Origin: Halocafeteria seosinensis
Lineage: Eukaryota
DNA: 21,437 nucleotides
NCBI GenBank assembly: GCA_001687465.1
Contig: LVLI01000172.1
Span: 310,001 to 331,437 of the forward strand
Reading direction: 5' to 3'
Both the position numbers and the translations under genes were made by a program. This document shows positions 10,780 to 21,077 of the stretch, in pieces; the stretch's first letter is position 1; every line of letters begins with the position of its first letter. The notes under the pieces are model-generated. The model was not told the origin of the DNA and ran no database searches. It saw only the letters and a program-made list of their open reading frames with translations.

Positions 10780-12539
10780 ACACGACACTAGACCCGGTAT
10801 AAGGGCAATTTGGGGTTCACAGGACTCAAAGTTGCTTCAACCAACCAACCAACGCACGCTGGGTCACCCCCCCCTGCCTGGGTGTTGGTCCCGTTGTTTG
10901 TTTGCTTCCCCTGACTGGAGTCTCAAAGTCGGGTCTGGAATTGAGTGTATTCTGAAAGAAGCGAAAGATGATGACAACTTGTCAAAGCGAAACCATCGCT
11001 TTAACTAAGGGAAATCTCCTGGTTGTGGCCCCCAGCAACTTTTTCTTGGTTGAGAACTTCAGCGTCAGGGGGTACTTAAGATGGTTCCTGGAAGGATGGA
11101 CGCGTTTCCACTGACCATAGTCCAGATGCTAGAGAATCTAGTAGAGATCCACCTGCAGTTGTTGAAAGCTCTATTGTACCGTATCCTATCGTAAAGAAGA
11201 TGAAGCACAAGGAACAAGTGCACCTGCAACTGCCTTCCGCCGTCTCTTTGTGGTTGGGGCAACGTGGTGGCTGGTGACTTGACCACAGTGACGAATGGCT
11301 AATGCCAACGGCACCCTCAGGAAGCGCTAAGACGTCTCAAGCTATGAAACATGTTTTAAGCCTAAGAGGAACTTGCGCACAGAAGCCGAGAAACTGTTCT
11401 GGTCGTCAGCTACATGTATTTGGTTTTGCTGTGTGGTCCCTCAGCCAAGCGAACGACCTAACGACACAGCATAGTAGAGGGAAACAAAACCTGCATTCAA
11501 CATGATCTGTTATGAAACTATCCGCGTTGACTTCATACACAAACGTGCTTGGATGGAAGGCCCGAGGGTACGCAAACCCAGACCACGTTTCGCTGGCCGT
11601 GAGTGAGACGTTTGAAGGCGCAAAGAAGATTATTGACTTAAGTGGTGCGGACGATTTTGAAGGGATGTTTAGAATTTAAGATGATGTCACGTTGATAGAG
11701 GAAGCTCCTTGCCTCGTAGCGTCTTTTTCAAGCATGGAAAAACTGCGGAGAGGACTGACTTTGTCGTCCAACCTTTTAGCGGTACATTCGTGCAGCTCTC
11801 TGGGATATCGAACGGAGAGAGGGCAGTTGAATGTGTGGCTGGGGCTGCGGGACCAGTGGTGGCCGTGAGATCAATATATCGAACTCACACTCTACAGGGA
11901 TTATCTTAGGCCTAACACCGTCCGAACAGCAACACCTCGTTGTACTACTGTGTAACATGATCTGAGACAGCTACTAGCACTCCTGCCATTTCTAGGAAGC
12001 CAGTGAGCCGAATACCGAAGTTTTCCGCCTGCTCAAAGAGGGAAAAGGATGACATCTCTGGAGACCCAACAATTGCTACAAGGGGGTCCACTATCTCTCA
12101 ACAATCGGGCACTAGTCACTCTCAAGACGGCTGACAATACGAGTGTCCGTGCACATCACTTGCAGGTTCAAGTCCTTCAACAGCACAGGGTCTATATCAT
12201 GGAAAATGCAAGCCATTAGGCATCCATTTTATTTTTACAAGTTTCGTACTTTTCCCGATAATTTCATTTTGTGCCGCCACCACAAGTTGCCTGCAACTTT
12301 CTCGTCCGTGATGTGGCATCGGCCGAAACTTCCAAACCTTGCTTCAGGTGAACGATTTGTTTGACGTGATGCGGGGGTGGCTTGACCTTTCGGCCCTTTG
12401 CAAAGCTTGATAGACTCTATAAAGCTAAAATATAAATGAAATGAGCTTGAATTTCGTATATTCGTAACCTTGATTCATTCATAGCGGTAACAGTCATCTC
12501 GAAAACGTCCTGTGTCTCGTGTGTGGAATTGAAGAAACC

Positions 12540-14326
12540 ATGGGACTCTACTCCATTCCTCGTAAGTGCAACTCAACTCGTTTCTCTATACACGTGCTCT
12601 GGATCAATCTAGTGTTGTATACCAACCACGTTGTCCGTATATTGCAGTGGTCACACAAGATGTGAGCGATTCGGATCTGCCCAGTTTACTGTTCAACTCG
12701 CTCCGTAAACTGGACCAAGTTAGCACGGATTTAGCGCAGCGCCTTCAGACCCGCACAAATGAAGAAAGAAATAAGATCCGAGACATCCGGAGGCGCACTC
12801 GGATTGCCAAAGCAAAGGTGGATCAGCTGCCCTCCTTCAAAGAGGCGATCAAAGTATACAGCTCTAGCAAATACCCAATGACGGATACTGCAGGTACACC
12901 AGCGAATGAATACATTATCATTATGCAAAACTGAACTGACTGTACTATGTTGTTGCTTACAGGTAATAGAAAAAACCAAACAGTTCTTCCACACTCTCAA
13001 AAGGCTTATCAAGAGGGTAAAGACGAAAGAGGAAAAGAACATGAACTCCTCATGATGCCCGCACTGACAAGTACCTCACAGGAGGACACGGCGAGTTATG
13101 CCAGACAGACGAAAAAAGCGTTCAGCTTATGGATGCGTTTGCGTCGTGAACAAGAGGCGAATTGGAAGGATAAAGACTTGGAGGGCGTCGGCAAAGTTCC
13201 TCAAGATGTGCGTTCTTGCACAAGCATGTTACTATTCAACACTGGCAAGAATCCTTACTCGGAGTATATGGAGACGACGGACAACCTCGTTCATGGAACT
13301 CAGTCGAGGAGGGTTTTGGATGCTCAGGAGGGGAAGGAAAGCTCATTGGCTGACGCCCCTGCTTCTTTGGTACATGGATCTGATGATCCTGACGTTGCGC
13401 CGTTGCAGTTTGCGTACAAGCCAGCAGTCAGGGACGTAGAGTTCTTCGAGCTTCCCTCCGATCTTATGTTACCAAATGTCGTAGATATTACAGGCGAAGG
13501 AGAAAATTTTGACGATGATGCTGAAGCAAGGAATTTGATTCCTTCTGAGTTTCGAGCTCAACTGCCTGAAGTGCCGACAATTGAAGACTATATTCCTGCA
13601 TCATCTAGGTCTCAATCGACTCCTACTTCACCGCAAACCACTCATCCTCCAAGCTCCTCTGCTGGCGCTACAACAAATGCTTCCCCTCTGACCCCTCAAA
13701 ACAATGAACCTCCACCCCCGCCAAGGAATGAACCACCTCCGCCTCCAAGAAACGAGCCTCCGCCACCGAGGAATGAACCGCGTCCCCCTGTTACCCAGAG
13801 CCAGCCTGCTACCTCGCCAAGCCAAATGCAGACGCCGCAAACCAATCAAAGTGGTAACTCGAATCAGCCCCAGTCAATGCAACAGTCTGAGCAGTCTGGA
13901 TCCCCAGCACCCCAGTCTTCAGCGGCTTCTAGCCAACAGCATGAGGAAGCTGGTGGTGGAGGCAGTCAAGCATCTCCAAGGAAGGTGGATGAATCACCCC
14001 CGCGCCCTTCTTTCTTGGACGACATAAAGAAAATGGATGTAACAAAGTTGGGAAAAACTAAGAAAGCGACCACCCCACCGCTGCAACCTAAGAAGAAGGA
14101 ACTGTCACAAGAAGAAGAGATAGCAGCAAAGTTTGAGGAACGCATGAAGCGTATACGTGGGGCTGTTAGCGGGGCGCCTAAGCAAGAGGATGAGAAGCCA
14201 CCCCGAACCCTCACTCATGCAAAGACGGCACCAGCAGGTGGGGGCATGATGGGCGGTATTGCAGCGAAAGCGCAACAGTTTAAGGAAGAGGATGAAAGCG
14301 ACGACGATTCCGATTCAGACGATTAA
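12540..14326 (+). CDS. WASHC1: WASH complex subunit 1 (WASH1, Arp2/3 nucleation-promoting factor); exons 12540-12561, 12648-12893, 12963-14326
   Basis: The spliced N-terminus MGLYSIPLVTQD...LRKLDQVSTDL...AKAKVDQL...AIKVYSSSKYP matches the WASH homology (WAHD) domain, as do EGVGKVPQDVRSCTSMLLFNTGKNPY, LADAPASL and FAYKP...ELPSDLMLPNV. These are followed by polyproline, a WH2-like segment (RPSFLDDIKK...LGKT) and an acidic tail. Confidence 0.9.
13703..13789 (+). repeat. Coding tandem repeat (NEPPPPPR) x ~4 in the WASH1 proline-rich region
   Basis: NEPPPPPR-NEPPPPPR-NEPPPPR-NEPRPP; 21-24 nt units with synonymous differences between copies. Confidence 0.85.
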
Positions 14327-14366
14327 CTGTCGTGTCGTTAATTTTCTTCTGATGGTCTATGAGCCT

Positions 14367-15309
14367 CTAGACATCTTCTTCACCCTCGCCGATATTCTTG
14401 TAGGCAACGCTAGCGTCCACTTTGTGTACCTTGGTAGTGAAGCTACGTAGCTTAACCTCTGTAGAGTCTTGAATGTACTTGGGGTCGCTTTCTTCCCAAC
14501 TCCCTGGGACTTCGGCCTCCGAATCGGTATAGACGAGTAGATCAAATGAGCCTGCAATAATTAAAAAAAAACAAAAAACAAAACAAAATCGACAGTAGCC
14601 CCTAGCATTGGCACTTTCTCATGATGATGCGCACTTACATGGTTCTTCTAAGAGAGGTAAAAACGTCACAGAGGCCGTAATTTGCCGAATAATTGCCTGT
14701 ATCTCACCTTGTACTTCCTTTAAGGATTTCTCCCTGGCCTTTCTGCAAGAGCGGTATTCTCTATAGCAATATTATTCGCTGGAGCATCCTCGATTCCAAA
14801 TGTAAACATACCCTCCTTCTGCTGTGCTTTTATCAGTATCCACATTGAATACCCATCGTTCCAAGATTTCGCCAGATTCTGCTCCAGTGATGACAATTAC
14901 CAGTTTCTTGATTTCTCCATGCATCAGCCACTCTGGGTCACAAGAGTGGATGTAGGTAAAAAAATAAAAATAAAAATAGCGGTGGTTGAATATCGACGCA
15001 CTAAATGAACCACGTACGAGAGATTTGGGTAAGAACTTGCGAGAGGTAGGACTTCAAACCTTCGTCTTTGGTTACCAACATTGAGAGGCCATATTTGGGG
15101 ACTGTACTGAAGGACTCTGGCGGATAGATCCCTCGTTGGTACAGGATACTGCATACACAGAGAGTACCAGCAGGAGTGTCCACTACACGCATACAGAGAT
15201 GTGTGTATGTATGCACGTACCTATTAATGCTGAATCCAAAGAATTCAGTCACAATTTCCACTGAACCCTTGAGGGTGATTTCATTTTTCGCTGCCACGGC
15301 AGCCTGCAT
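14367..15309 (-). CDS. MAD2L1: Mitotic spindle assembly checkpoint protein MAD2 (HORMA domain); exons 15309-15221, 15148-15018, 14932-14812, 14742-14639, 14551-14367
   Basis: Spliced product: ITLKGSVEIVTEFFGFSINSILYQRGIYPPESF...KYGLSMLVTKDEGLKSYL...QWLMHGEIKKLVIVI...ILERWVFNV...EIQAIIRQITASVTFLPLLEEPCSFDLLVYTD...VPGSWEESDP...EVKLRSFTTKVHKVDASVAYK. All four introns are GT-AG. Confidence 0.97.
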
Positions 15310-16216
15310 CCATGCCACGAAACACACGCCCACATGTATACACTTGATACTACTTTAGAACAGTAGTTAACGCATATTCAACGAATGCCTCGTCGTTCGT
15401 GGGGCAGACAAAGGCCCTTGGGTTGGAGAGGGCGTTAACGGCAAATCATTCGACATGATATATACACACTAGCTGACCTCCTGTAGTCCATTCTCATCCT
15501 CGTCCATGGCACAGCAGTACGGATAGATACCGCACCGTGTGCGGTCCTCCTCTCTGAGGGACTGACTAGCGCGTAAACAGCGAGTATGTGAATGGGAAAG
15601 GCCTTACCATCGTGACGACAGTGGTCGATTTGGAATCCTACCAACAAATAAACCCAAGACAAGTGATTGGTACACACACCTGAACTGTCTATGGTGTCAG
15701 CTGGTTCAGCAATCCAATAAAGGTTTGCATATAATGAGTGCATACTATGCAGTCGAAATTGTGTAGTTAGATTGTTTGTGAAACTGGGACTTGCAGTCTT
15801 CACCGCTCTGCAGTCTACTTGGATCTCGACAGGTGGTGCCCACTTCAGTGGCTCCTAGCCATTGCAAATGGTTGAGTAGTGGTACGACTTCGACTCTACT
15901 CGCAGTATGCTATTGGGCGAAATGAGCTCCATTAAATTGGATTTCGGATCCCGCAATCTTGTGCGGCTTCGAAGATTTCCGCGCTGGAATCCCATCGACG
16001 AAATTGGACGTCTCGAATAATTCGGGCGATGAGCTTCTGCGAATACAATGCCCTCTTTATAAACAGTTCTGAAGGAACAATTCCGTGAGAACTTGAAGAC
16101 ACTGCAGCTTCCGTTGTAGATATTCAAATGATCATGAGTGGTTCAAATCTATCGGCGATCTACAGACTGCAGTGCTCAAGTCCATTGGCTCTACAAAAGC
16201 CGACATGATGAGACTA

Positions 16217-17132
16217 TCAGGATTCCATGCTTGCTACGTCCGAGTTTTCATTCATATAGTGCTCAAAAGAAACCAGACGATCGTATAGTTTGTCGATTCC
16301 GACGAGTTTGGGCTCAATAAGGGCAAGATATCCCATCCCTTCCGACTGTAAACATAGAGATGAATAATTATGATCGACTATATTTCAACACAAACACTAG
16401 ACTCTACACATATACGCCACTCACATGTATAGCACACGCCTGGGGTGCACTCTCGAGTGTTGCATTCCATTCAATTAGCTTCCCGTCTACCATGAATGGA
16501 ATACCGTACTCACTTCCATCCTCACAACGAATTCGACACATTTCTTGAGTATGTTTGACGGCAAGTCCATCCTTCTTCTTTTTGCCTGACACCGCTGACG
16601 AAATTGCTTGTTGAGTCGCCTCGGATGGCTTTACAGCGACCACAGTTTTGTTCTGAGCGAGCATGGGGTGTTTCCGGGCCAACCCTATCAAGCAGAGCTT
16701 ATTAGAATGCTGGAACACATACACATCATTCCCCTGTACGTCGCTACAATCTTTTCCAATCATCCGCGCATAGTATCGTTCGGTTAGACTCCCGAACCGC
16801 GTAACATGGTCTCCTTCTCCTGAAGCTGCTGCCATAGGAGCTCCTCGAAGTGTCACTGACTGGCTATTCCGAACGAGAGCTTTTTGATCCCCTATCGTCG
16901 TGGCTTTTCCATGCACCTTGCGTTCCCGAAGTTCCTGGGTCCCATGCGCAAATCGACATTTGTCTCCATGTTTGCAAGTTCCACTCCGTTCCCATTCGAA
17001 ACAGACGGCGGTCTTCCGGTATTTGGCTTTGGGTCCCTCATTGGGCACCGAGCTACCAGTATGACTCGGTATCTCTGTACAATGGGAGCCACTCGTTGAC
17101 TGAGAAGGATGGCTGGATTCCTTCCACGACAT
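16217..17132 (-). CDS. ABITRAM: CCCH zinc finger + ABITRAM (Simiate/FAM206A, GCV-H-like fold) domain protein; exons 17132-16425, 16345-16217
   Basis: KTAVCFEWERSGTCKHGDKCRFAHGTQELR is a C-x8-C-x5-C-x3-H finger. SLTERYY...QHSNKLCLIGLARKHP...VSGKKKKDG...CRIRCEDGSEY...DGKLIEWNATL, then (after intron 16424-16346, GTGAGT...TACAG) SEGMGYLALIEPK, parallels ABITRAM (SLVDRYF...QHSNRICVITLA...VSGKFKRG...GRLMEVN...EGYIAVVLPK, as recalled). Confidence 0.85.
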
Positions 17133-17589
17133 GGTACTTCCCCAAAGCTGAAACGCTGATGCAGCGTTATGTAGTTGATGACGGCAATGCTATTTTCTAT
17201 GGCATGTTCATTTTGCAAAAGACGACCTCAATACCCAGCTAAGATAAACCACCACTCTTCTATTCTTCCTTTATGTTTTGGAGCAAGCATTCTTTCGCAC
17301 TGTGAACTTGGGTGTGAAGTGTTGGTAGTACTTGGGACACAAGGTTTGTTACCCATAGCAGAAGGCTGAAGGAAGATCGGTCAGCAGGATTCAGACGGAC
17401 CCTCATACATTTCAGGAGCGGGAGAGAATAGAATGAATTTTCCCTATTGTGCTTTTCAGACTACACGTACTTAATGAAATTCTGGTAAGAAATTTCAGAG
17501 TTTCCATTTAGAGATGTGCCATTTAGGAGAGTTGTCCCCCTTTGAAATGACAAAGTTTACCTACTGGCTCGTCCAGATCCTAAGGATAG

Positions 17590-19667
17590 TCATAAACGAA
17601 GTCCACGGCTATACGGATTGTTTTCCTGTTGTATCCTACCATTCATAACCGGTATCCGCACGCCCGCACTAGCTACAGTTGAGGCCAAACGATCAAGAGG
17701 AGCGAATGCATCGCCAGCACCGACGGTTTGAAACTTCACCATCAAATATTGGGGATCTTTTTCAATGGTATATCGGTTTCCACATACGGACACACCGGCT
17801 TCCCCAGAGGTGGCTGGGCCAGTAGAGTAATCGACGATTTCGTAGAATCCGTTCAGCGCATCAAATACTGGGCGATCCTTCCGAGGAAAAGCGGCTTTGC
17901 CATCATGCGTCACGATGGGTTGCATTGGACTGATATAATAGCCAATCTGGCTCAGTTTCTCGTCCGAAACTGCATTCCTTAACTTTCTGTATGTATCTGC
18001 CCAGACAGAGCTGAAGGAATCCAGCTCGACTGTCTCACCAGTAAAGCGCGGCTGAGTATACCAGATCGTCCGGCTGACAGCACCCGCCTGGGAATGCCAC
18101 TCGATCTCATTAGCAACGCATGCTTCGTATACTTGGAACGTGTAGCGTTTCGGTCGACCATCGGTATCCACTTCTGCTGCTAAAGAGTCCACTGAAGGGT
18201 CACCGTCAGGGGAAGAGACATTCCTCAGGTAACGACCCCAGTACATTATGGTAGGCAAGCGATTATACCCTGCTTTCAAATAACCTTTGACTACTCTGCT
18301 CTCAACTTCATTGGGGGGGACCCAAGACATTTCCTTCGAGAGATACATGAGGCGTCGCATTCGATCCGAGTCCAGGCCAAACAGTTGACAGCACGGCTTG
18401 TTGAAAAACACACTAGTCAGCGAGAACGTTGAGGAATCGTAAGTAATACGGCAGCAGGGGATGGGTGATGCACTCAGAGTTGTATACAAACACCGCTTTA
18501 TGACTCCCATGGCCCTCCCCTCTTGCATGTCATCACCATCGGCGATGTTGTGCCCACCTAGCTGGTTCAAAGAGGAGGCACTGCTAGCAGTACTAGTTCC
18601 TGGATCTGACGTAGAAAGAAACTGTTTCGGAGGCACGTTCACCGGAGACTCTTGCTGGATGCTGTCCTCTTTTGCAAAGAGATCTGAAGCAGCATCGCTG
18701 CTGTTGAGAAAGTCTTCTTGGGCAATATCTGTTGTTGGGAAGTTGGAATCACCGGCGAGACCGTCGGCTCCCAACGAAACATATGTGACATATGTCTGTA
18801 GTGGATTGTCCGGGGAAGAGCTATTGTAGGATTGCCCATCGAAAGTGTAGTGAAGCCGCTCAGCCCCTAGGGAAAGTTCCTTTGTATAGTTGGTTGAAAG
18901 CACGTCATTCCAAACTTGATCAATATACTCCGAGCCATTTAATTCATCGGGTGGAGTAATGCTGTCTATAGGAATGTCACCTGGTACTTGTAAAAAGTTC
19001 TGCGAAGTAGTGTAGCCTGAAGAGCTGCAATACCGTTCTGGGTTTTCGGAGAACGTTTCAGTAGGTGCGGAAGCATCTGGCATTGAGGCTACTGGTTGAC
19101 TAAGGGTAGTGCTAGACACACTGCACTTTGGTGTGGACCCAGCGTGAGACCAGACGGCCGCTTTCTTTACCTCCACTGCAGAACCAGTAGCCTGGGTGGT
19201 GCTGGTGTCGCTCCACTCACGTTTCTTCCCGTTGGCCTTTCCACTAGCCATCCGCTTTATTGCTCTTTCAGACCAGGGTACATCCTCACATTGCTCAGTC
19301 CTATTTCTCGCTGCACACCTCTGCAAATTCGCATAACACGCAATAAAAAAAAAGAAGGTCAAAGTTGAGGAGTGAACGTATGTTCCAAAGAAACCGAAAC
19401 GCGACATTTATTCGACTGTACATACAGCACAAGGCCGCTGCCCATCACATCTTCGCTTAGCACGGGAGCATGGGGTGCAAGCTCGCTTGGCTGGCTCTCG
19501 TTGTCGGTTTGTCTGCAGCATGTGCAATGAAAAGAGGAGAGGGTGAACCCCTGACTTTTGGCTTGCTTCAAAAAGCCCAAAGAAACGAGTGGATATACCA
19601 TTTCTTGGGACTTTGTATGACTTACCTTCCGTTTCTTACCCGGTTTTTGGGTATTCATACCTTGCAT
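17590..19667 (-). CDS. Zn(II)2Cys6 (GAL4-type) binuclear cluster transcription factor with a possible C-terminal PAS-like domain; exons 19667-19626, 19512-19426, 19320-17590 (about 619 aa)
   Basis: Two phase-0 introns (19625-19513 GTAAGT...TGCAG; 19425-19321 GTATGT...TGCAG) give MQGMNTQKPGKKRK|TNRQREPAKRACTPCSRAKRRCDGQRPCA|RCAARNRTEQCED, i.e. C-x2-C-x6-C-x5-C-x2-C-x8-C with the typical K-x-x-C-D-G-x-x-P-C. A long S/T/D-rich linker follows, then a globular region containing VFFNKPCCQLFGLD. Confidence 0.88.
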
Positions 19668-20844
19668 TAGGGTAGTTTAGTCCCACTCCAACCACGATTA
19701 AGTACTAAAGTTGCTTCTAAAGACACACTGCGGCTGAAAACGCCGTAAAACTACCTTGTGGAACTGGTCGTTCTACAAGCGACGGGGGCGTCGTACACAC
19801 ACCTACTACTAGAATAGAGAGGCGCACGGGATGATGCCACTACACTCGTCAAAACAGTCTCAGTCGGGGAGGATGTACAAACCGCGAGTAGGCAAATCTA
19901 TTCCCCGTTGGAGCCCGACTTGCCCCTTCTAATCTTTCTGGAAAGGAGTGTTGCGACCAGAGGATCAACCAACACCCAAGTTGGGCCCCAACCAGTCTCG
20001 AGTGTTGAGGTGTCTTCAACTTACACCACCTCAAGCATGGAGCATGTTGCAAAGTAGAAGAAATAAATAAAAAAAGAGCACATTTACATACTGAAAACAT
20101 GTCGGAGAGGTGGTTGGTTTCGTATTTAGACGGCAAGTTTCGAATACCGGTATAGATGACACGGACTCCAGTTCTTGTTTTCCTCAATTTTCAGTGTCAC
20201 CGGACGCCGACAGTGACTGTGGAACTACCTCGGCTTTAAGTGTGAGCGGACTTGACTCAAATATAAACTCCCTGTGCTATCTCCCCATAATGACATCTTG
20301 CAACCATAATCATGCACACAGTTGTAGTGGAAGTGATCCGACCAGAAGTCACAACTTGACTCACAAGCGAAGTGGTAGAGGGACGAAAACCTATCCCATC
20401 TATGAACAATACTGCAGGTCCGTTGCCACAGGTTTTCTTCCATTCCCTAAATTCTTAACATGCGGATTCCTCTACTGTCCACTGAGAACGAAAGCCCACC
20501 ACACTAGATAATTTAAGGAATCCAACGCACCTTGCAGGAGTGGTCCAAAATTATCCCCCTAACCTCTCATACACGTTCCTGCAACATTTGAACACATCAC
20601 CAGACGGAACTTCAACAAAAATGGCGAGCATCCTCCTTTTTTCCGCCTCCTTCGGAGGCTCGCCCCGAGGGGTCGGCTCGTTCTCAGCGTCAGTTCGAGG
20701 CGCAATTGCCCTTGTAGCATGGGTCGCAAGTTCTGATTCCACGCCTTGAAGAGATGATAGAGACAAATTTCCACTTCCACATCCAAAGCATCATAGGCAT
20801 CTCCCAATTCGGAAGCGTACTGGCGGAGCCAGAAATCGGACAAA

Positions 20845-20928
20845 GTATCCCGGGATGCTCTCCGACAGTATCCCGGGATGCGCTGCCCCGAGTATCCCGG
20901 GATGCTCTGTCCGGGTATCCCGGGATGC
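20845..20928. repeat. Four exact copies of GTATCCCGGGATGC (palindromic core ATCCCGGGAT), period 23-24 bp
   Basis: Copies start at 20845, 20868, 20892 and 20915. The intervening sequences are TCTCCGACA, GCTGCCCCGA and TCTGTCCGG. Confidence 0.95.
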
Positions 20929-21077
20929 TCTTTTTGGAATCGCCCCCCAAAAACATTTACAGTTGTATAACCTGGCTGGAATGTATCGTACAACCATACA
21001 AAGTATATGTACATGTAGTGTAATCAGATAGCTTGTATTTCGGTACGTTTCAAGATGGGGTTCTTAATTATACATGA

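Noticed and set aside
16424..16440. Non-canonical GC donor after ...SAPQ in the ABITRAM gene
   Set aside because: A canonical in-phase GTGAGT donor 15 nt downstream gives a better-length match to the family.
12540..17132. Functional actin gene cluster (WASH1 + ABITRAM)
   Set aside because: MAD2 lies between them and eukaryotic gene neighbourhood is usually not functional; there is no support without synteny data.
919..19368. Many antisense or alternate-frame ORFs over real genes (e.g. 919-1314, 7724-8113, 10382-10693, 16850-17242, 18461-18829)
   Set aside because: They are shadows of confidently identified CDSs and carry no independent motifs.
20845..20928. CRISPR array
   Set aside because: The repeat (14 bp) and spacers (9-10 bp) are far too short, the spacers resemble one another, there are no cas genes and the context is eukaryotic.
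20559..21023. Overlapping ORFs with IPGY/SRDT repeats
   Set aside because: They are translations of the stop-free palindromic DNA repeat in several frames on both strands, with no recognisable domain.
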